From the NCBI GenBank assembly GCA_002269645.1, contig NIVC01000551.1, positions 1 through 64,000 on the forward strand: a stretch of DNA of 64,000 nt. The letters run 5' to 3'. Made by a program: the position numbers and the translations under genes. Shown here piece after piece: positions 55,433-64,000 of this stretch. A model generated the notes under the pieces. The model was given only the letters and a program-made list of their open reading frames with translations, ran no database searches and was not told where the DNA came from. Every line of letters begins with the position of its first letter. Position 1 is the stretch's first letter. The DNA comes from Macrostomum lignano (Eukaryota).

Positions 55433-58400
55433 TCAAAGACGAGCTAAAGGCGTCATCATTTGCAGCAGCCAAAAGATTGCCATAATTTGCGCAACTTTCG
55501 CACTAGCAATGCAGCCCGCATTGACAGCCGCACCAGCGGATGAGGATTCTGGCTTGAATTGAAGCATTGATGCAGCTGGGTGCGATCGGATATTTCCTTC
55601 AGACAGCGCTGTCTCCCGGATTGAATCGTCTGAGGTTAGAGGTGGTAGAAAAAATATTTTTAAGGAATATGTTAGCTGTAATTTTTTTTAAAAATCTTTG
55701 TTTTAAAAACATAGATTCCTACGAGCGTAAAGTTTACTACGCTACATATCGGCTGTATAACAGGCTTTAGAGTTGGCAAATAAAGTAGCGCCTGAGTATA
55801 GCTTTGTAACGTTTATTGCTCTACATATCGGCTGAGTGTTAAACTTTAAGACATTCTTTAAGACATTGGCTTTCAAGAATAAATTTGTAAAGTGCATTAC
55901 GCTACATATCGGCTGAATGTTTAACTCTAGAATTTCGTTAAGAAATTCACTTCTAAGCATAACTTTACAAAGTGTGCTACGCTTACATATCGGCTGAGTG
56001 TTTAGCTCTAGAATTATCCTAAAGACATTTTGGCTTTGAAGTATAAACTTTAAAGTGTATTACGCTGCATATCGGCTTCATGTCCAGCCCGAATGTGATT
56101 AAGCTACAGGTTTCTAGTTTACCTGACGCGAATCGAAGTTTGCTCCTAGCAGCAACAACTCGAAATCGCCGGGACTCGCCGCTGACAGGCAGCAGGGGCG
56201 GCTGCTCCCCCTCCTGCGGCTTCGGCCAGCCCATCGCCCAAGACGTCTCGGCCAGAGCGGCCGAGAATGTCCGGCAGTGACCGCGGTAGCCAATCCGATA
56301 ATCGCCGGGCCGCTGACCAGCCGGGATGTCCCAGCGGATCAAGGCGAAGCTCTGGAAGAAGTCGCCCTGCTGCCAGAGGAATCTGCGGCAAAGAGCATAG
56401 GTTAGGGATGGAAGAAAGTGGGTCAGTGATGGATACGGTGGGTCAGTGATGGAGACGGTGGGTCATTGATGGAAATGGTGGGTCATTGACAGAGACGGTG
56501 GGTCAGTGATGGAGACGGTGGGTCAGTGATGGAGACGGTGGGTCAAGATGGAGAACGTGGGTCAATCATGCAGCAGGTGGGTCAATGATGGAGCAGATGG
56601 GTCAAGATGGAGAGGGTGGGTCAATGATACAGCAGGTGGGCCAATGATGGAGAAGGTGGGTCAATGATGGAGATCGTGGGTCAATGATGGAGAAACTGGG
56701 TCAATGACACAGCAGGTGGTTCAAGATGGAGAATGTGGGTCAATGATAGAAAACTTGTGTCAAAGATTAAGAAGGTGGGTCAATGATTGATGGAGAAGGT
56801 GAGTCAGTGATGGAGAAAATGGGTCAATGATGGAGAAAGTGGGTCAATGATGGAGAAAGTGGGGTCAATGATGGAGAAAGTGGTTCAATGATGGAGAAGG
56901 TGTGTCAACGATTGATGGAGAATGTGTGTCAATGATGGAGAATAAAGTGGGTCAATGATGGAGAAAGTGGGGTCTAATGATGGAGAAAGTTGGTCAATGA
57001 TAGAGAAGGTAGGTCAATGATTGATGGAGAAGCTGTGTCAACGATTGATGGAGAATGTGTGTCAATGATGGAGAATAAAGTGGGTCAATGATGGAGAAAG
57101 TGGGTCAATGATGGAGAAAATGGGTCAATGATAGAGGTGGGTCAATGATGGAGAAAGTGGGTCAATGATGGAGAAAGTGGGTCAATGATGGAGAAAGTGG
57201 GTCAATGATGGAGAAAATGGGTCAATGATAGAGGTGGGTCAATGATGGAGAAAGTGGGTCAATGATGGAGAAAATGGGTCAATGATGGAGAAAATGGGTC
57301 AATGATAGAGGTGGGTCAATGATGGAGAAGGTCCGCAAAGCAGACCTGGTATCAAGGCTGGCATCATTTCTGACGGTCTCCCAGCGGTGCAGCCGGGTGT
57401 TGTAGCGCTGCACCAGCAGAAACGAGTGATTGCTGATTCCGAACGAGTGCCTCGGGTTGCAGGCCACGAATTTCAGTTCCACCGTGTCGCCCTAGGGACC
57501 GCATAGTAAAACAAAAAAATGGATTCCGCAAAAATTTTGTTTGAGTCATGCCCGATTCCTCAGAGTCTCACCTGCTCATAGGAGTTTCTCAAATTCAGCA
57601 ATTGCTGGCCGAAATTTTTACCAAATCCAGCAAAGTCCAAACCGTCGATTCCTTGGCCGTCGCCGCCGCCGCCGCCGGAAATTCCGTCTAATCGGTTGCT
57701 TTTGTCCAAATCCGACGGCGTCCGTTTTGGTTGGAAATTTCCGGAATTCTTTTGTCGTTTTGTCGTTAATAACGAGCGCAACATTCGACTGGCGTGCCAG
57801 GCGTAAAAATTCAGGGTGTGGGGCCCGAACAGGGTGGCGCCGGCTTCGTAGTAGCTGCCCTGGGGTGGGAAAACCGATACTAAATCTTCATTTTAGAAAT
57901 TTGCATTAATATTTGCATTAACTACTTACAGGTAATTTAATAGTAGTAGTATAACTTAGAAAGTTGCTTCATATTTCTTTAGTTCTAGGCAAAAATTGGT
58001 TCGAGAGTCGTTAACAATATGAGAGGCGCCTAAATTGGGCTGGGTAAGAGGCGTCAGTATTGGGGTGTAAGAGGCGCCAATAATGAGTGAGTGAGAGGCG
58101 CCAATAATGAGTGAGTGAGAGGCCCCAATAATGAGTGAGTGAGAGGCGCCAATAATGGGTGAGTGAGAGGCTCCAATAATGAGTGGGTGAGAGGCCCCAA
58201 TAATGAGTGGGTGAGAGGCGCCAATAATGGCTGGGTGAGAGGCGCCAATAATGAGTGGGTGAGAGGCGCCAATAATGAGTGAGTTAGAGGCGTCAATAAT
58301 GGGTGGGTGAGAGGCGCCAATAATGAGTGGGGTGAGAGGCGCCAATTCCGGTAAACCGCAAGTCCATCAATCATCTATTAGCAAATATTTGGGACAAAAA

Positions 58401-61400
58401 CTCCACAATCGATCTGAGCAGACTCACATTATACTCCTCCTCAGTAGTCACGTAGAAATAATAGCCATTAGACAGACCATTTATTAGCACTTTGCCCTCA
58501 TTTGGAAAGCCTTCAGTCTGTGAGCAGTTTATAAAAAATAGCTGTTAACTCAGTTCCGTAAAGTAAATGATTTGAATTTGGCAGTGGTCTCACCCGTCTC
58601 AAGCTTTCCATTAATCTTCTGCCAGCCATTGTGGTGACCTCGGTTGGCAGGGCCAGAATGAAGATTGGCCCGATGCGAAGCAGTTGAGTTGGAATCTGGC
58701 TTGACATGAATGGAATTCCTGACCAGAAGATCTGAAATTTAAAAGTTGAAAGTTTGAAATTACCTGGAGAGAGAAACAACTAACTAAATCTCAGTGACCG
58801 TGAAAAGCAGAGAGAACAGAAAACGACCTTGAAACTGTCATTTTCCCTCTGCGGCGTTTGAAAAAAACCTCGACTTTCCCGCGTCCTTGGAAAGACCCCA
58901 CCTCCCCCACCTCGCCCGCGACCTTGGAAAGGACCCCACCTCCCCCACCTACTTCTGCGACCTTGGAAAGACCCCACCTCCCCCACCTCGCCCGTGACCT
59001 TGGAAAGACCTCAACTCCCCCACCTCCTTCTGCGACTTAATTGTAAGAACGCCACCTCTGCCTCCGCGATCTTAGAAAAGAAACCTGGCTGCCCCATGAC
59101 CTTGGAAATAATCCAACTTCCCCCCTTTCTTCTGCGACTTTTGAAAAAATCTAACTCCACCAACTCCTCGCGCGACAGTGGAAAGTACGCAAGCTACCCG
59201 TGTGACCATTGAAAGAACCCCACCTCCCTCGATGGCCTTGCTAATAACCTTTACTGCCTTTTTGACCTTGAAAGAAGTCCTACCTCGCTCCCCGCGACCT
59301 TGGATAAATTCTCACACCACGCGGCAACATTGAAAAAATCGTACTCTTGCTCTGCGACCTTGAAAAAATTCCACTTATCCCAATGACCTTGAAAAGAACT
59401 CCACTCCCTTCTGCGGCCTTGGAATGAATCGCATTCTTCACGTGACTTTGGTGTTGCATCCATGCATCCTGGAATCCGCGGTGTACAAGCTACACACCTT
59501 GCCAACATTCAGACAAATCCGCTTCGATCCCTGACATTCGGCGTCCTCTGGCGTCACCTTGGCCAGGAGGTCCCGGATTGCGTCAACCAGGACGCTGGCT
59601 CGCTGAGTTCCGCTGGTGAAGTAGCTGAACAGAGCTTTGCCATCAGCTGTGCCGGCGCAGAATGCGTAGCCAATAGCAGCTTTGCAGGCTCGCAAGTCTT
59701 TGCGGTAGCTTGCGCTGTTATTAACTGAGTTCAACAAGTCCAAGACAGCTGGAAATCTTTCCTCAGAGACGTCTCGGGTGTCATGGACAACTGAGAGAGT
59801 CAGGGACTTCGGTAGCTCTGTGGTGGCCGATTGGTGCAGCTTCTGGAATGGAAAATATCGAAAAAATAAATGCCCATTTATAGTTATATATGAGGCATTC
59901 AGAGATATATTTATGAGACATCTATGAGTAGATCTATGAGGCATCTAGAGATATATCTATAAGGCATCTATGGGTATATCTATGAGACATCTATGGGTAT
60001 ATCTATGAGACATCTAGGGGTATATCTATGAGACATCTATGGGTATATCTATAAGGCATCAAGAATTATATCAATGAAAAATCTAGAGATATATCTATGA
60101 GACATCTAGAGATATATCTATGAGACATCTATGGGTACATCTATGAGGCATATATGGGCATATCTATGAGACATCTAGAGATATATCTATGAGACATCTA
60201 GGGGTATATCTATGAGGGAAGCATCTCGAAGGGTTCGTGTAGGATGTGTCGCACTCACCAGGGCAGTGTGAAACTGCATATTTCCGATTATCATTGCACT
60301 CTTGTATTGATCCTTTCCGGGACCCTTTGACTCGCAGTCAAATGTTTTCTGCGCCAGAATTGAGCAATATTTGTTAGCTTCACCTTGTAGAGTACTAATT
60401 AGTTACTGAGTTAAATAAACCTAGTTTTAACCCAGTCAAAAAGGTAACACCTGTAAGTCTAACAGGTAACACCTTTAAGTCTTACAGGTAACACCTCCAA
60501 GTCTTACAGGTAGCATTTCAAAGTCTAGCAGGTAACACCTGTTAGTCAAATCCCGGAACTCACAAACACGCTGCTGTTACACCTGACCTCCTCGACCTCG
60601 TCCCCTTCGCCAGCTGCTCCATCAGCATCCGGAACTCGAAACACGCCCCGGACATTGGGCGACACGTCTCCGGAATGCGACTGCGGGAAGGCGGCCACGA
60701 AGGTGCCTCGAGCTCCGCCCGCAGGTGGCCAGTCCCGACCGCCGTTGAAGTGTCGCTCCATGAGCTGGCTGGCTATGCCTTTGTTGTCGCCGCTAACGTA
60801 ACGATTGGACACCTTCAAGGAGGTGCCGTGCACCGGGAACCAGGCGATGCTGCCCAGCGGTGCTCCAGTTTGGGCGTCGTCAAATCTTAGCAGGTGCATC
60901 TCGGTGTCCACGTTGGTTGGGTAGCTATTTTTATTTTTAAATATATATTTGTCATTTAACGAGTTTAAACAAAACAATCAGCATTAAAACAAACAAAAGC
61001 TAAATAACGGAAATAATTAAAACAAACGCTATTGTTAAAACCGTAAAAACTAAAACTAAAAACTAAAACTATTCTTGAATTTTTTACGGTTTTAGCAGTT
61101 TTAATTGGAAATTGAGTTTTTAAAAATAAAATTTAAATTTAATAAAACGTGTTATTTTGTTTTAATTTTACCCTCGTTAAAATGTATTTTCAAATTAAAA
61201 CAAAACTATATGCTGTGAAGCACTCCAAAGTACTTGTTGTACTTGTAGTACTTTTGTATTAAATCAAATTTTCTTAGAAGACTAAAATGATTAATGAAGA
61301 ACCATTAAAAAGGTGCTGATCTCACCGAGCTCGCTCCGCCGCGGGGTTCAGCAGGTACTGATGCGGATGTCTGTTAACGCTGGCATTGTACAGGTGGCCC

Positions 61401-61497
61401 GAGTTCGACAGGACTCGAGCGGGAGTTCGAGCCCGGTCAGCTGCCAGAATGCTCTGCGATTGATGATTGGTTTGAGAGTGGGAATAACTAACTAACC

Positions 61498-61593
<96 letters not shown>

Positions 61594-61594
61594 G

Positions 61595-61685
<91 letters not shown>

Positions 61686-61687
61686 GT

Positions 61688-61779
<92 letters not shown>

Positions 61780-61780
61780 T

Positions 61781-61871
<91 letters not shown>

Positions 61872-61872
61872 T

Positions 61873-61919
<47 letters not shown>

Positions 61920-62855
61920 ATAACTAACTAACTAACTAACTAACCAACCAACCAACTAACTAACTAACTAACTAACCAACTAACTAACTAACTAACTAAC
62001 CAACTAACTAGTGAACTAACGGTCTCCTTATCAGCTCACCTGCACTACTCCATCGACAATGTAGTTAAAGTATGCCCTATCAAATCCAGGCGTATTCAAA
62101 GCCACAAACAGGTCCTGGTTGAAGCCGCCGGGTCCCGCATGCGTGTGGGTGGCCGAAAGCATCACGTTGGTCTCGGAGAATCGGCCTCCGGTGGCCTCCG
62201 ACAACCGTTTGCCAACCTGCACGCAGGGGGTGCATTGGATGCATTGGGCCAAGTAAAACGACGCGACGTAGCATTTGTTGGTAGGCAATACGAAACAGAA
62301 TACTTAAAGTAGAAATCTGGCAATATAGAGCGCCATTCTAACACAATATAGAGCGCCATTCTGACACTATCTAGGGCGTCATTGAACACCATCTAGGACA
62401 CTATTCTAACACTATATAGAGGGCGCCATTCTAACACTATATCTAGGGCGCCATTCTAACACTATCTAGGGCGCCATTCTAACTCTATAGATGGCGCCAT
62501 TCTAACACTATCTAGGGCGCCATTCTAACTCTATAGATGGCGCCATTCTAACACTATGTAGGGCGCCATTTTAAATCTATAGAGGGCGCCATTCTGACAC
62601 TATCTAGAGATCTATTCTGAGCTCCTCTACTGACTTAACACACGCAACTCAAGCGCCGAACAGTTGGCATAGCAACCAGCAGCAACAAGCCCGAGGCGGA
62701 TCAGGCAGTCTCACTGTGAAAGACAGCAGGTGGGACACCATTGCCAGATCCAGCACAGCGTAGGCCGCAGAATTTCCCGCTGAATCTCGAAACGCAAAAG
62801 CCCGGCAGAACAGGCGAGTGTGCAGGCCGGATAACTTGGCGTGCGCGTAGCCCAT
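55433..62855 (-). CDS. ASAH2: Neutral ceramidase, 12 exons, 5'-partial
   Basis: Exons 62715-62855, 62040-62216, 61326-61453, 60564-60924, 60259-60348, 59498-59842, 58594-58731, 58428-58517, 57572-57859, 57346-57491, 56123-56382 and 55433-55629 (2361 nt, in phase). Motifs MGYA, HTRLFCRAF, SATHTHAGP, WFPVHGTS, GDVSPN, PTEVTTMAGRRL, YEAGATLFGPHTL, NPR, WDIP..PGDYRI. The exon with the N-terminal GxGRADxTG-type segment was not found in the window. Confidence 0.95.
55700..56080. repeat. Degenerate ~60-bp intronic repeat
   Basis: Recurring TACGCTACATATCGGCTGAGTGTT motif. Confidence 0.7.
56405..57330. repeat. ~20-bp intronic minisatellite
   Basis: GTGGGTCAATGATGGAGAAA units. Confidence 0.93.
58020..58345. 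repeat. 24-bp intronic minisatellite
   Basis: GAGAGGCGCCAATAATGAGTGAGT units. Confidence 0.93.
58790..59430. repeat. Degenerate ~36-bp intronic repeat
   Basis: GCGACCTTGGAAAGACCCCACCTCCCCCACC-like units. Confidence 0.8.
59930..60215. repeat. ~24-bp intronic minisatellite
   Basis: ATCTATGAGACATCTAGAGATAT units. Confidence 0.9.
60445..60545. repeat. ~22-bp intronic repeat
   Basis: AGGTAACACCTGTAAGTCTAAC, about 4 copies. Confidence 0.75.
61495..62010. repeat. (TAAC)n intronic microsatellite
   Basis: About 125 copies. Confidence 0.98.
62325..62620. repeat. ~25-bp intronic minisatellite
   Basis: TAGAGGGCGCCATTCTAACACTAT units. Confidence 0.9.
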
Positions 62856-63279
62856 CTGCGGGTAATTTATGGTTACATTTAATTAAACTATAATAGCCGC
62901 ATTCTAATTTTTCTACTTTCAGTAGAGTAGTTTGGTAGTGTTTTTCTGTAACTATAAAAAATCGCCATACTAAGTTCTACGTTAATTGAAAAGTGCAATT
63001 TAAATTCCAGTAGGCGTACGCTTGGACGATAAAGCCGAAAAGTTTTATTTTTAAAGTGCACACTTCTTAGTACTCGTGGAATAATAAATCAATATGAATA
63101 TTTCTGCCCACACAAATTCTGTCAATTTTTTATACTTCGCACCTAAGTACTCTGAATAAATTTTGTGCAGTTTGCGTGCACTGTCTTTCTGACAGAGCGA
63201 ATGGCAAATACAGGCATTATAAAGTGTGATAATTACTGTTTAAGAGTTGCAACTTTTATAGCTGTTGTAGTAAAATTGT

Positions 63280-63650
63280 CAGGAGAAGGGAGAGGGAGAA
63301 GAGAGAATAGAGGAAAGAGAGGGAGGGGAGAGATGAGAGGGGAGATAAGAGGGAAGAAGGCTAAGAAGAGAGAGGGGAGAGGGCAAAGGGGAGAGGAGAG
63401 AGGGGAGACGGGAGACGAGAGAGGGGGTGAGAGGGGAGAGGAGATAGGAAAGAAGGGAGAGGAGAGAGAGAAGGGGCGAGAAGGGGAGAGGAAAGAGGGG
63501 AGAGGGGAGAGGAGAGAGAGGACATGAGATAGGGGAGAGGGGTGAGGAGAAACGGTAAATAAGAGGGTAGAGGAGAGAGGGAATAGGGGATATAGAGGAA
63601 AGAGATAGGGGAGAGGGGTGAGGAGAGAGGAGAGAGGAAGATAACCGTGA
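63280..63650. repeat. GA-rich low-complexity tract
   Basis: Purine-rich GAGAGGGGAG-type sequence. Confidence 0.85.
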
Positions 63651-64000
63651 GGAGAGGCCACCCTCCCACAAAAAGCTGGTTTTAGCCCAACGCAAACAAA
63701 CAAAGCGATCAAAGACGCTCCCCAACGCCCAGCGGTCACAGACTGCGCCAACGGCAAATGAACGCTTGCTCAGTCAGCCCACCAGAAATCTCACACAGGA
63801 TCTCTCCCCAAGGGCCGAGCAAGCAGACTGAGAGTACATGTATAACACAGCGGAGAATACCAGCAGTGAACACAACCGCACACAGAGAAAGAGAGAGAGA
63901 ACACGATACCACAAAATGGAATATAAATTTTGGCATCATAAACTTGTGCCGCAATAAATGATAGCCGCCATTGCTCCGCTGTAAAGGCTAAAAACATTTG

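Noticed and set aside
63650-63960. Hydrophobic ORFs as the ceramidase signal-anchor exon
   Set aside because: No in-frame ATG with a usable donor and no GxGRADxTG-type segment; the true 5' exon(s) probably lie beyond the window.

Overview
Eukaryotic animal genomic DNA with GC-rich exons, GT-AG introns and AT-rich intergenic tracts. The style resembles the repeat-rich genome of the flatworm Macrostomum, but that is inference. Four genes have intact reading frames: an intronless aminergic class A GPCR (+, 19238-20545), a 3-exon CK1-group pseudokinase (-, 26711-29031), a 7-exon MELK (+, 39060-44780) and a neutral ceramidase (-, 12 exons, 5' end missing, 55433-62855). A fifth, an orphan Q-rich coiled-coil gene (-, 48178-54639), is probably intact but one splice junction is uncertain. 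Four other genes carry frameshifts or stops: a TSP1-like membrane protein, a fibrinogen-domain protein, a DEG/ENaC channel and a putative secreted protein. A 6.6-kb hAT transposon (5975-12530, 8-bp TSD) has a dead transposase and contains a hAT MITE and a mariner MITE. The most striking pattern is that almost every intron longer than about 200 nt is filled by its own distinct minisatellite, and several repeat units look like splice signals. Also notable are two partial hammerhead-ribozyme-like motifs about 300 nt apart inside the DEG/ENaC intron, and a GPI-anchor-like tail on the ceramidase. All exon models were derived by eye from splice consensus and reading phase; no database searches were run.
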